The notes under the pieces: model-generated
The model's input: only the letters and a program-made list of their open reading frames with translations
The model's database searches: none
What the model was told of the DNA's origin: nothing
Assembly: GCA_003221655.1 (NCBI GenBank)
Contig: QHSV01000236.1
Coordinates: forward strand, 1,041 to 65,040
DNA length: 64,000 bases
Direction: 5' to 3'
Source: Candidatus Rokuibacteriota bacterium
GTDB taxonomy: Bacteria; Methylomirabilota; Methylomirabilia; Rokubacteriales; CSP1-6
Shown here: positions 52,404 through 61,957 of the stretch, in pieces
How positions within the stretch are numbered: position 1 is the stretch's first letter
Layout of the letters: each line of letters opens with the position of its first letter
Program-made: the position numbers and the translations under genes

Positions 52404-55400
52404 GGGTCGCGCTCGGGCGCCCGGCCGTCCGCCGCGTGGTCCCGGTGCTGATCGGCCTCGTCGTGCTCTGGTTCGTCGCGGGCATCTTCCTGGCGCGTGC
52501 GCTCGCCGCGCGACACGACACCGCCGCCACCGCCACGCTCGCGTCCGTTCGAACGATCGTCGCGGCGGCGCTCGAGGAGGTGCGTCGCGAAGCGTCGCTC
52601 CTGGCCCAGGATCCGGCCGTCGTGGAGGGTGCGACTCGGAGCGACTGGGCCGCCCTCGTGCGCGGCGCGTGGCCGCGGATTCTGGCGCTGACGCAGGAGC
52701 GCCGCGCCGACCTGCTGCTGATCGTGGACGCGAGCGGCGCTCCGCTCGTCCAGGTGCCGGCCGCACGGCACATCGTCGCGGCGGCGGTCGCTCGACCTCC
52801 CGAGGTCGTCGCGCGCCTTGCCGTCATCGACGAGCGGCCCTACGTGCTCGGGATCGCGCCGATGCCCGCCGGTCTGGTGATCGTCGGGCGGCGCTTCGAG
52901 TCGCTCGCCGGAGCGGTCGCGCGCCTGCCATCGCGCCCTGCGCTCGTGGTGGTGGTGGGCGATCGAGCCCTCGGCTCCACGTTGCCCGGCGCGCCCCCGC
53001 TCGGCTGGGACACCGCGGTGCGGACCGGGCAGATCACGATCAGCGGGGAGCTCTGGTTCGCACGTCAGCTCGGCGAGGCGGGCGGCGGTCTCTGGGCGCT
53101 CGTCCCGGCGCGGGAGCAGCGCCGGGAGAGCAGCCAGCTCTGGTTCTGGTGGGCGGTTTCGCTGTCGGCGGCCGGCGCCACCGCCGTTGGGATCGCCGCG
53201 GTTTCTGTATCGCCCCCGGCCGGACGCGAGGCGTCCGCGGCCGGACGCGAGGCGTCCGACAACCGCCGGAGTCGGGAGCTCGAAGCGCTGCACGCGGTCG
53301 TGGTGGCGACCGGCAGCGGCGACGATCTGGCCCTCACCGCCGAGCGGACGCTCGAGGTCGTGTGCGGCCTCGCGGGGATCCCCTTCGGAGGCGTGTTCCG
53401 GTTCGACCGGGCGACCCAGACGCTCGTCCTCACCGCCCACCGTGGTCTCCTGCCCGACGACGTCGAGCGCTTGCGTGTCCGCTCGCTCGACCAGAGCCAC
53501 GTCGGCGAAGTGATCCGCAGCGGCCGGCCGGTGGTGACCGATCTCACGGCCTCCCGTGTGCTGGCGCCCGACGTCGTCGAGCGCGTGCAGGCCGGCGGCT
53601 ACCGAACGCAGCTCGGGCTGCCGATTCCGGTGAACGGCGAGACATGGGGCGTCATGGCTCTCATCACGCGAGAGGCTCGGACCTTCGATGCTGATGAGCT
53701 GACGCTGCTCCAGGCGGTCGCGCACCAGGTGGGACAGGCGGTGGCGCGCGCCGCGCTCCTGGCCGAGGGCCGGGAGAAGAGTCGTCGCCTCGAGACACTC
53801 GCGCGTCTGGCGCAGACGCTGACCGCCACGCTGTCGCTCGACGAGGTGTTCCGCCGCGTGGTCGATGCGGCGGTCGAGCTGTTCGGGTCCAGCACTGCGC
53901 AGCTCTGGCTCGTGGACGACGACGACCGCCACGTCTCGCTGCGGGCGGCCGCGGGGATCCAGTCGTCGGAAGGCGTCGAGCGCCAGCGCGTCGGCGAAGG
54001 ACTCGTCGGGATGGTCGTCGCGACCCGCGAGCCGCTGACGGCGGTCGACGCGCTTCGGGACCCGCGGGCGCGCAACGTCGAGCGGGTCCGCGCCGAAGGC
54101 GTGGTCAGCGTCGGAATCGTGCCACTTCAGCTGGGCGAACGGGTGCTGGGGGTTCTGGCCATCGGCGTACGGGCCCGGCACGAATACACCGCCGAGGAGC
54201 TGCGGCTCCTCGGTTTCCTCGCCTCGCACGCGGCGAACGCGATCAACAACGCCCAGCTCTATCGCGAATCGACCCGGCAAGCGCAGCGCATGAGCGCGCT
54301 GACCGACCTGGTGCGTCTGGTGTCCGAGACCCTCGACTTCGACCCCGCCGCGCAACGCGTCGCCGACAGCGTGTGCTCGTTGCTCGGGGCCCGGGCCTCG
54401 TGCCTCTACCGGGTCGACCCGGCCTCCGACGCTCTCGTCGCGTTCGCGACTTCGAGGGACGCCGATCAGCTCTTCCAGTGGCAGCCGGTGCTGCCGCGCG
54501 GCACCGGGATCGCCGGGCTCGCCGTCAGCCAGCGCTGTTCGGTCGCTTCGGCCGACGTGCTGGCCGATTCTCGCATCACGTACACCGACGACACACGTGC
54601 CCGTGTCGCGCAAGAGGCGCACCGCTCCCTGCTCGCCGTTCCGCTGCTGGTGCAAGGACGGATGTTTGGCGCGCTCGCCGTCAGTGATCGCGTCGGACGT
54701 GTCTTCGATGAGTCCGAGATCCGTCTCGCGCAGGCTTTCGCCGACCAGGCCGCACTGGCGCTGGAGAACGCGCGGCTCTACACGGAGGCGACGCGCCGCC
54801 GGCTCGAAGCGGAAGAGCTGGCCCGGCTGGCGCGGACGCTGACCGAGAGCCTCGATCCGCGGGCGGTCGGTGACCAGATCGCCGAGAGCGTGCTCGTGCT
54901 CTTCCGGGTGAGATCGTCCGTGCTGCGACTGCTGCAGCCCGACGGGTCGCTGGTGACCCTGGCGCGCGGGGGTCATCTTCGCGATGCCTCGCCGCTCGGG
55001 ACCGTGCTGCCCGCGGGCGTCGGGGCGTCCGGGCGAGCGGCCGTCGAGGGCCGAGCCGTGACGTCGCCCGACGTCTTCAATGACCCGTCGATCGTTCTGA
55101 GCGACGAGGTCGCGGAGACGATGCGGCGCGAAGGCGAGGGCGCGCTGCTCGCCGTGCCGCTCCGGGCGAAAGGGCGGATCATCGGCACGCTGTCGCTGGG
55201 AGACGCCTCGGGCCGGGTCTTTTCGGAGGCGGAGGTCGGGCTGCTCCAGGCCTTCGGCGACCAGGCGGCGCTCGCGCTCGAGAACGCGCACCTCTTCTCG
55301 CTCGAGACGGCCCGTCGGGGGCAGATCACAGCCCTCGCCGAGGCCGAGCGCGAGTTCGCCCGCGAGCTCGACCCCGACCGTCTTCTCACGCTGGTCGTCG

Positions 55401-57466
55401 AACGCGCCACCCGGCTCTTCGATGCCCACGGCGTCATCTACCTCGTGGACGCGGACGGCGGGCTGGCGCCGCGCGCCTGGACGCGGGACGGCGGGTTCGA
55501 GGACCTGGCGATCGCCTTCGGGCACGGCGTGGTCGGCGCCTGCGCCGAGCAGCGCCGCGGACTCATCGTCAACGATTACGCGGCGTCGCGCTTCGCCCTG
55601 CGCAAGTGGGTCGATATGGGCGTGCGCCGCGCGATGGCGTTCCCGCTCAGCGTGCAGGAACGGCTGCTCGGCGTCATCGCGATGAATCGAACCAGCCCCG
55701 CCGCCGCGCCATTTCTCGACGAGGACCTGGCGGTTCTGGAGAGCTTCGCCGCCCGCGCGGCCATCGCCCTCGAGAACGCGCGACTCTACGCGCAGAACCG
55801 GCGGCAGGTCGAGGAGCTCTCGGTGCTCTACGAGCTATCGCGGGCGGTCACCGGCCAGCTCGATCGCGCCACGCTGCTCGAGGCCATCCGGGCCCAGGTG
55901 GCCCGCATCCTCGACGCCGCCAACATGGCCATCGTGCTCCTCGACGACGAGCGGCGGGATCTCGAGGTGGTGCTCCGTACCGTGAACGGTGCGCGCGACA
56001 TGCGGACGCCCCTCCGATACCCGAGCCACGCCGTGGGACTGATGTCGGTCGTGCTCGTGACGGGCGAGGCGGTCCTGACGGAGGACTACATCGCCGAGTG
56101 TTCGCGTCGCGGCGTCGAGCCCGTGGCGACCTTCGCACACCCGCGACACTGGCTCGGCGTCCCGATGAAGGCCGGAGACACGGTGATCGGCGTTCTGACG
56201 TTGCGGAGCGCGGAGCGGGCGTTCACCGAAGCCGACGAGCGGCTGTTGACGAACATCGCCGATCTCGCCGCGCTGTCACTGCGCAACGCGCGCCTCTTCG
56301 AGGAGCGCACCCGCGCGTATGGCGAGCTGGCCGCGGCGCAGGATCAGCTCGTGCGCACGGAGAAGCTCCGCGCGCTCGGCGAGATGGCCTCGGGGGTGGC
56401 GCACGACTTCAACAACCTGCTCGCGTCGATCCTGGGACGGGCCCAGCTCACGCTCCAGCGAATTCAAGATCCGCAGCTTCGCAAGTGGATCCAGGTCATC
56501 GAGCGCGCCGCCCTGGACGGCGCGCAGACCGTCCGCCGGCTGCAGGAGTTTACGCGGATCCGCCGCGATCAGCAGCGTTTCGTCGAGGTCGACCTCAACG
56601 ACGTCGTGCGCGGCGCGCTCGAGATCACCCAGTCGCGCTGGCGGGAGGAGACGCGCAGCCGGGGCGTCGCGGTCGACGTGCAGACCTCGTTCGCGAGCCT
56701 GCCGCCGGTGGCGGGCGATCCCGCCGAGCTGCGCGAGGCGATGACCAATCTCATCCTGAACGCGGTGGACGCCATGCCGACGGGTGGCACCCTGACGCTG
56801 ACCACGGCCGTCGAGAACAACGAGGTCGTGGTGACGGTGGCCGACTCCGGCGTCGGCATCCCGGATGGCATCCGGGGCAAGATCTTCGACCCGTTCTTCA
56901 CCACGAAGGGACCGCAGGGCACCGGGCTCGGGCTCTCGATGACGTACGGGATCCTCTCCCGTCACGGCGGGCGCATCACGGTCGAGAGCCACGTCGGGCG
57001 CGGCACCGCGTTCCGCCTGACCTTCACACCTGGCGAAGCCCCCGACCTGGACGGGCTGGCCCCGGCACCCGAGCCCACCCCGCTTGGCGTCTCGCTGCGG
57101 TGCCTGGTCGTCGACGACGAAGAAGAGGTCGGTACGGTGCTCGGCGATGTCCTGACGACGGAAGGCCATCGGGTCGTGGTGCTCACCGACGGAGGCGAGG
57201 CGATCGCGCGATTCCGCGCGGAGCCCTTCGACCTGGTATTCACCGACCTGGCGATGCCGCGGGTCTCGGGCTGGCAGGTGGCGCAGTCGGTCAAGGAGAT
57301 CGCGCCTGCGGTGCCGGTCGTCCTCGTCACCGGCTTCGGCGTCGAGCTGTCAGCGGAGGAGCGCCAGATCCACGGCGTCGACCTGGTGGTGGTGAAGCCG
57401 TTGAAGATCAAAGACGTCCTGGACGTCGTTGCGCGCGTGGCCCGCCGGCGCGCTCGGCAGACCTGA
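52400..57466 (+). CDS. membrane hybrid sensor histidine kinase (6 GAF, HisKA, HATPase, REC)
   Basis: GTG overlaps the pyk stop. Two TM segments, six GAF repeats (most ending LENARLY-like), VAHDFNN, NAVDA, DPFFTTK, GTGLGL, receiver VVDDE...TDLAMP...KP. Confidence 0.92.
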   Translation: MRVALGRPAVRRVVPVLIGLVVLWFVAGIFLARALAARHDTAATATLASVRTIVAAALEEVRREASLLAQDPAVVEGATRSDWAALVRGAWPRILALTQERRADLLLIVDASGAPLVQVPAARHIVAAAVARPPEVVARLAVIDERPYVLGIAPMPAGLVIVGRRFESLAGAVARLPSRPALVVVVGDRALGSTLPGAPPLGWDTAVRTGQITISGELWFARQLGEAGGGLWALVPAREQRRESSQLWFWWAVSLSAAGATAVGIAAVSVSPPAGREASAAGREASDNRRSRELEALHAVVVATGSGDDLALTAERTLEVVCGLAGIPFGGVFRFDRATQTLVLTAHRGLLPDDVERLRVRSLDQSHVGEVIRSGRPVVTDLTASRVLAPDVVERVQAGGYRTQLGLPIPVNGETWGVMALITREARTFDADELTLLQAVAHQVGQAVARAALLAEGREKSRRLETLARLAQTLTATLSLDEVFRRVVDAAVELFGSSTAQLWLVDDDDRHVSLRAAAGIQSSEGVERQRVGEGLVGMVVATREPLTAVDALRDPRARNVERVRAEGVVSVGIVPLQLGERVLGVLAIGVRARHEYTAEELRLLGFLASHAANAINNAQLYRESTRQAQRMSALTDLVRLVSETLDFDPAAQRVADSVCSLLGARASCLYRVDPASDALVAFATSRDADQLFQWQPVLPRGTGIAGLAVSQRCSVASADVLADSRITYTDDTRARVAQEAHRSLLAVPLLVQGRMFGALAVSDRVGRVFDESEIRLAQAFADQAALALENARLYTEATRRRLEAEELARLARTLTESLDPRAVGDQIAESVLVLFRVRSSVLRLLQPDGSLVTLARGGHLRDASPLGTVLPAGVGASGRAAVEGRAVTSPDVFNDPSIVLSDEVAETMRREGEGALLAVPLRAKGRIIGTLSLGDASGRVFSEAEVGLLQAFGDQAALALENAHLFSLETARRGQITALAEAEREFARELDPDRLLTLVVERATRLFDAHGVIYLVDADGGLAPRAWTRDGGFEDLAIAFGHGVVGACAEQRRGLIVNDYAASRFALRKWVDMGVRRAMAFPLSVQERLLGVIAMNRTSPAAAPFLDEDLAVLESFAARAAIALENARLYAQNRRQVEELSVLYELSRAVTGQLDRATLLEAIRAQVARILDAANMAIVLLDDERRDLEVVLRTVNGARDMRTPLRYPSHAVGLMSVVLVTGEAVLTEDYIAECSRRGVEPVATFAHPRHWLGVPMKAGDTVIGVLTLRSAERAFTEADERLLTNIADLAALSLRNARLFEERTRAYGELAAAQDQLVRTEKLRALGEMASGVAHDFNNLLASILGRAQLTLQRIQDPQLRKWIQVIERAALDGAQTVRRLQEFTRIRRDQQRFVEVDLNDVVRGALEITQSRWREETRSRGVAVDVQTSFASLPPVAGDPAELREAMTNLILNAVDAMPTGGTLTLTTAVENNEVVVTVADSGVGIPDGIRGKIFDPFFTTKGPQGTGLGLSMTYGILSRHGGRITVESHVGRGTAFRLTFTPGEAPDLDGLAPAPEPTPLGVSLRCLVVDDEEEVGTVLGDVLTTEGHRVVVLTDGGEAIARFRAEPFDLVFTDLAMPRVSGWQVAQSVKEIAPAVPVVLVTGFGVELSAEERQIHGVDLVVVKPLKIKDVLDVVARVARRRARQT
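53217..53258 (+). repeat. 21-bp tandem duplication inside the kinase gene
   Basis: CGGCCGGACGCGAGGCGTCCG x2, encoding AGREAS twice. Confidence 0.85.
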
Positions 57467-57485
57467 ACGGAGGAGGACGACCGCC

Positions 57486-58274
57486 ATGGACTTCCAGTTC
57501 TTGACCCTCGAGCGCCGCGATGGGGTCGCCACGATCACGCTCAACCGCCCCGACGCGTTCAACGCGTTGAGTCTCGCCCTCGGCCGGGAGCTCTTCCACG
57601 CGGCGCTCGAGGTCGACGAGGACCCGGCGATCCGCTGCGTCGTGGTGACGGGCGCGGGTCGAGCCTTCTGCGCCGGCGGCGACGTCAAGGACTTCGTCGA
57701 CAACCTGGAGCGCATCGGCGTGCTCGTCAAGGAGCTGACGACCTATCTGCACGGGACCGTGTCCCGATTCTGTCGGAGCGACAAGCCCGTCATCATGGCG
57801 GTGAACGGCGTCGCGGCCGGCGGCGGGCTCAGCTTCGCCCTCTCCGGCGACCTCGTGGTCGCCGCCGAGTCCGCGCGGTTCACGATGGCCTACTCGAAGA
57901 TCGCCGCCACGCCCGACGGGTCGTCGTCGTACTTTCTCCCACGATTGGTCGGTCTCCGGCGCGCGATGGAGCTCTACTTCACCAACCGCGTGCTCTCGGC
58001 GCGCGAAGCCCTGGAGTGGGGGCTGGTGACCCGCGTGGTGCCCGACGCCGAGCTCGCCACGGCGGTCGCGGCGCTCGCCCGCGAGATGGCCCAGGGACCG
58101 TCGAAGGCGTTCGGCGGCGCCAAGCGGCTCTTCCACCAGTCGACGTGGGAGAGCCTCGAGACGCAGATGGAGCTCGAAGCGCAGGCGATCGCCGCGAGCG
58201 GCCACACCGAAGACTTCCGCAACGGCGTGAGCGCGTTCGCCCGCAAGCAGGCGCCGACCTTCCGCGGACGGTGA
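57486..58274 (+). CDS. enoyl-CoA hydratase/isomerase (PaaG-like)
   Basis: GGAGG RBS. ITLNRPDAFNALS, AFCAGGDV, NGVAAGGG, TPDG. Confidence 0.92.
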   Translation: MDFQFLTLERRDGVATITLNRPDAFNALSLALGRELFHAALEVDEDPAIRCVVVTGAGRAFCAGGDVKDFVDNLERIGVLVKELTTYLHGTVSRFCRSDKPVIMAVNGVAAGGGLSFALSGDLVVAAESARFTMAYSKIAATPDGSSSYFLPRLVGLRRAMELYFTNRVLSAREALEWGLVTRVVPDAELATAVAALAREMAQGPSKAFGGAKRLFHQSTWESLETQMELEAQAIAASGHTEDFRNGVSAFARKQAPTFRGR

Positions 58275-58297
58275 CGCTGATGCGCGCAGGAGGGGCT

Positions 58298-58558
58298 ATG
58301 CTGAACCCGACGGCCTTCGCCAACTCGCTCGCGATTCTCTCGGGCGGCTTCTACATCCTTTTCTATGTCTTGGCGGTCGTGTGGCGAGACGCGTTCCGGT
58401 TCCTGTTCAACGCGCAGTTCTTCGGAGCCGACGTCGCCGCGCTCTTGCCCCAGCAGTTGACCTATGGCGGATTCGTCGGGACCTTCGTCGTCCTGATCGT
58501 GTTCGCGTGGCTCGCCGCCTTTGGCTGGGCGTGGCTCTACAATCGGCTTGCCGCCTGA
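58298..58558 (+). CDS. small two-TM membrane protein (DUF5676-like)
   Basis: AGGAGG RBS, two hydrophobic helices, ending AWLYNRL. Confidence 0.75.
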   Translation: MLNPTAFANSLAILSGGFYILFYVLAVVWRDAFRFLFNAQFFGADVAALLPQQLTYGGFVGTFVVLIVFAWLAAFGWAWLYNRLAA

Positions 58559-58621
58559 GGGTGTCGACGCACCCGTGGCCCTCGGGTACAATCTTGATCG
58601 CGATTCCGCGAGGAGACCCAC

Positions 58622-59401
58622 ATGACTAGTCAGGAAGCGGCTCGAGGTTCCGGAACGGTGGTCAAGCTCTTCTACCGGCCGGGTTGATCGTCCTGCGCCA
58701 AGACGAAGGAGCTCCTCTCGTCTTGGGGGGTCGAGTTCGACCCGGTCGACGTGCAGGCGAACCCGGCCGGCTACGCCGAGCTGGCGCGGCTGGGGATAGG
58801 CCGCGTGCCGGCGGTGACCGTCGGCGACCGCGCCGCGCACGGGTGGAACCCACCGGCATACGCCGCGCTGCTCGGCATCCCGTACTCGGCGGACATCAAG
58901 CTTGCCCCGACCGAGCTGGCCAAGCGGCTCGACATCATCCTCGATGCGACGCAGGGGCTCATTCGCGGCGTGCCGGATCAACACATGGACTGGCGGCCGC
59001 CGGAGCGCGATCGGACCCTGCGTAACCTCGGCTATCATGTGTTCCGGCTCTCGCTGGCATTCGTGGACGGTATGGACCTCGGCGAGTTCCCGGCGTCCTG
59101 GCTGCTGGACCAGGCGCCCGCCGATCTTCGCGACGGGCCGGCCATCGCGCGCTATGGCGCCCTCGTGCGCGGACGCATCACCGGGTGGTTCGAGGGGGCA
59201 TCGCCCCGCGAGTTCGAGCGCGTGATCAAGGTCTACTATGGCCCCCAGTCGGGCCACGCCCTGCTCGAGCGCACGACGTGGCACGCCGCGCAGCACCTGC
59301 GCCAGCTCTACGCCCTGGCCGAGCGCCTTGCGATCACGCCGCCGGGACCGATGCCGACCGACGCGTTCGTGGGACTGCCCCTTCCCGACGCTCTCTGGTG
59401 A
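58622..59401 (+). CDS. glutaredoxin-like (UxxC) / DinB-superfamily fusion selenoprotein
   Basis: AGGAG RBS and ATG 58622. VKLFYRPG-UGA(58685-87)-SSCAKTKELL...VEFDPVDV...GRVPAV (cis-Pro), in frame with a DinB domain carrying GYHVF and WHAAQH. Confidence 0.87.
58698..58726 (+). promoter_or_regulatory. putative bacterial SECIS hairpin
   Basis: CCAAGACGA-AGG-AGCU-CCU-C-UCGUCUUGG forms 9+3 bp with a bulged C. The loop is 22 nt after the UGA and has G at its second position. Confidence 0.72.
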
Positions 59402-60168
59402 CGAGGGTCGACTACGACCGGACTCTCTGGCGCGCGTATCGCGCCGGTCGTGCTCTCTCCAAGGACACCGGCCGGCTCTGGATGGACGCGATCGCCCGCT
59501 ACCTCGGTGGCACGCGCTCAGGCCTGACCGTCCTCGATCTCGGGGCCGGCACGGGGCGCTTCGCGATCCTGCTGGCCGATGCGTTCGACGCCCGCGTCGT
59601 CGCCGTCGAGCCGTCGGAGAAGATGCGCGTGGAGGCGGAGCGCTACAGCGCACACCCGCGAGTGGACCACCGCGCCGGCGCCGCGGAGACGATCCCCGCC
59701 GCCGACACCGAGTTCGATTTCGCGTTCCTGTCGATGATCATCCATCACGTCGGGGACGTCGCCGCCTGCGCGGGTGAGCTCCACCGGGTGGTCAAGCCCG
59801 GCGGGCTCGTGTTCATCCGCAACGTCTTCAGCGGGCGCCTGGACGGTGTGCCGCACTACGCGTTCTTCCCGTCGGCCCGCGCCGTCGACGAGGCGCGCCT
59901 GCCGACGCTCGAGGCAGTGCGGCAGGCCTTCGTCGCGCAGGGATTCGAGCTCACGGCCCTCGATACGCTGGTGCAGGAGATCGACCCGAGCCTCACGGCC
60001 CACTACGAGCGAATCAAGCGGCGAGCGCTGTCGACGTTCGAGTTGATCACCGACGCCGAGTTCGACGAAGGCCTCACCCGGATGCGCCACGCCGCCGCCC
60101 GCGAGACCGCGCCGACTCCAGTCCTCGAAGCCATCGACCTGCTCGTCCTCCGCCGCCGAACGACCTGA
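59398..60168 (+). CDS. class I SAM-dependent methyltransferase
   Basis: GTG overlaps the upstream stop. VLDLGAGTG, AVEPS, FDFAF...HH, VKPGG. Confidence 0.9.
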   Translation: MTRVDYDRTLWRAYRAGRALSKDTGRLWMDAIARYLGGTRSGLTVLDLGAGTGRFAILLADAFDARVVAVEPSEKMRVEAERYSAHPRVDHRAGAAETIPAADTEFDFAFLSMIIHHVGDVAACAGELHRVVKPGGLVFIRNVFSGRLDGVPHYAFFPSARAVDEARLPTLEAVRQAFVAQGFELTALDTLVQEIDPSLTAHYERIKRRALSTFELITDAEFDEGLTRMRHAAARETAPTPVLEAIDLLVLRRRTT

Positions 60169-60171
60169 CCG

Positions 60172-61107
60172 CTAGTCGTCTTCAGCCCAGGCCGTCGTGA
60201 GCCGACGAGCGAGGGCGCGGTGGCCCCTGATGAAGTAGGCGAGCATGGCGCCGGTCGCGAGGAGGTTGCCGACGAAGATGGTCCACCCCGCCAGCTCGTC
60301 CAGGACCCACTTCGCCGCGATCAACACACCGCCGACGAAAAACACCTCGAACGCCGTGAAGAAGATCACCAGGGCGAAGACGAAGAGCGGCTGGCGCTCG
60401 GCGCCCGCGATCAGCGCGGCGCCGACAATTCCGAACAACGCGAACGCGATCCCGTGCACGACCGTATAAGAGATGATCGCGGCCCCGGGATCGGGTTGAC
60501 GAAGGATCGCGGCGCCCAAGAGCCGCGGTGTCCGCAGCGGCTCGCCCTGAATCCAGTCGATCGCCAGGAACCAGAGCGCGACGGCGGCGGCGCCGAGCAG
60601 GCCGGCCACGACGCCCTCGCGGAACACGCTGCCCCAGGAGCCGATCAGCGTGCGCGACAGGACGCGGTGGGCGCGGAAGAAGTACCAGAGCATCGCGAGG
60701 GAGGCGAGGAGGTTGCCGCCGAGGATCGCCCACCAGACCAGGGCGCCCAGCATCGACTTCCCGAGCGCCCCGACGATGCCGAAGACGAACACCTCGAAGC
60801 TGGCGAAGAGGATCACGAAGGCGACAAACAGCGTGGGCTCGCGCTCGCTGACGGCCATGAGGCTCGCGGCGACGACGCCGAACGCGATGAACGCCAGGCC
60901 GTGGATGATCGTGTAGCCGAGGACGTTGCCCACGGTGGGCCGAAGTCCAATCGGGTTGGTCACGCCCTGGAAGACCGCGGCGCCCAGGAGCCCCGGGGTC
61001 AGGAACGGCTGGCCGCGCCAGATGTCGAAGAGGAGGAACCAGACGGCGACGACAGCCGCGCCGATCAAGCCGGCCACGACCCCTTCCTTCAGGATCGACC
61101 GCTGCAC
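60172..61107 (-). CDS. hypothetical membrane protein made of two homologous halves
   Basis: EGVVAGL.GAA.VA.WFL..D...G.P..TP.LLGAA occurs twice. TACAAT lies 7 nt before the GTG. Confidence 0.85.
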   Translation of the reverse strand: MQRSILKEGVVAGLIGAAVVAVWFLLFDIWRGQPFLTPGLLGAAVFQGVTNPIGLRPTVGNVLGYTIIHGLAFIAFGVVAASLMAVSEREPTLFVAFVILFASFEVFVFGIVGALGKSMLGALVWWAILGGNLLASLAMLWYFFRAHRVLSRTLIGSWGSVFREGVVAGLLGAAAVALWFLAIDWIQGEPLRTPRLLGAAILRQPDPGAAIISYTVVHGIAFALFGIVGAALIAGAERQPLFVFALVIFFTAFEVFFVGGVLIAAKWVLDELAGWTIFVGNLLATGAMLAYFIRGHRALARRLTTAWAEDD

Positions 61108-61137
61108 GGACGGTATTGTATCGGAGCGCCTGGTTGT

Positions 61138-61219
61138 TGTAGCGGGTGCCGTGAGCCCGGCTCAGACCGAGGGTGGCCCGAGAGAGAAGCGACCCGGCTC
61201 CGACACGCCCGGTCTACCC
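61138..61219. repeat. family-1 dispersed repeat, copy C
   Basis: TGTAGCGGGTGCCGTGAGCCCGG...GAGGGTGGCCCGAGA...GCGACCCGGCTCCG...CTACCC. Confidence 0.85.
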
Positions 61220-61252
61220 TGAGGCGACTTCGGCTCGGCTTCTCCTTCTCCG

Positions 61253-61897
61253 TCACTCGTCGCGGGCGAATCTGACGCCGTAGTCGGAGTAACGAAGGTG
61301 CGGCGGCAGAGACGAGCGATGGGCGACCGGGCTCCACGGGTCTGCGTGACGCCACGCGCCGCCGCGACTCACGCGCCGCGTGCCGGTTACCGGGCCGCGC
61401 GGATTCCGGTCAGGCGAGCGGCGGTAATAGTCCTCGGCGAACCAGTCGCCGCACCATTCATGGCAGACGCCGGAGAGATCGGTGAGCCCCAGCGTGTTGC
61501 CCGGCGTCTCGCCGACGCGGGGCGGACGGTCGAACGTGACGCCAGGCTTCGCGTCGTCGCCCCACGGGTAGCGCCGACCGTCGAGGCCGCCGCGCGCGGC
61601 CTTTTCCCACTCGGCCTCCGTCGGCAGCCGCGCGCCCGACCACTCGGCGAACGCGCCGGCGTCGGTCCACGAGAGACCGACGACGGGCTGGCGCGGGTCG
61701 GCGAACGCCGGATTGGACCAGAACGGCGGCGATGAGGCGCCGGTGGCCGCCATGTACGCGGCGAAGTCTCCGTTCGTCGCGGGTGTGCGCGCGATGAGGA
61801 AAGTGTCGACCCAGACGACATGGGCCGGGCCCTCGGACGGGTGACCGTGAGCCCAGCCCATGCTGAACGGCCCCGCTGGAACGCGCGCGAAGTCCAC
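61253..61897 (-). CDS. FGE-sulfatase (SUMF1/EgtB/PvdO) domain protein
   Basis: PAGPFSMG, RLPTEAEWEKAARGG, YPWG, EWCGDW, RGGAW, GVRFA. The FGE catalytic Cys pair is absent. Confidence 0.9.
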   Translation of the reverse strand: MDFARVPAGPFSMGWAHGHPSEGPAHVVWVDTFLIARTPATNGDFAAYMAATGASSPPFWSNPAFADPRQPVVGLSWTDAGAFAEWSGARLPTEAEWEKAARGGLDGRRYPWGDDAKPGVTFDRPPRVGETPGNTLGLTDLSGVCHEWCGDWFAEDYYRRSPDRNPRGPVTGTRRVSRGGAWRHADPWSPVAHRSSLPPHLRYSDYGVRFARDE

Positions 61898-61957
61898 GCC
61901 TTATAATAGGGACCTTCCGGGAAGTAGTGCCAGGCGAGCCTATAAAAGGAGACGCCC

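Noticed and set aside
51641-55525. Very long antisense ORFs (also 19697-22306, 28186-30315, 47622-49697)
   Set aside because: These are shadow frames of real high-GC genes on the opposite strand, with no recognisable motifs.
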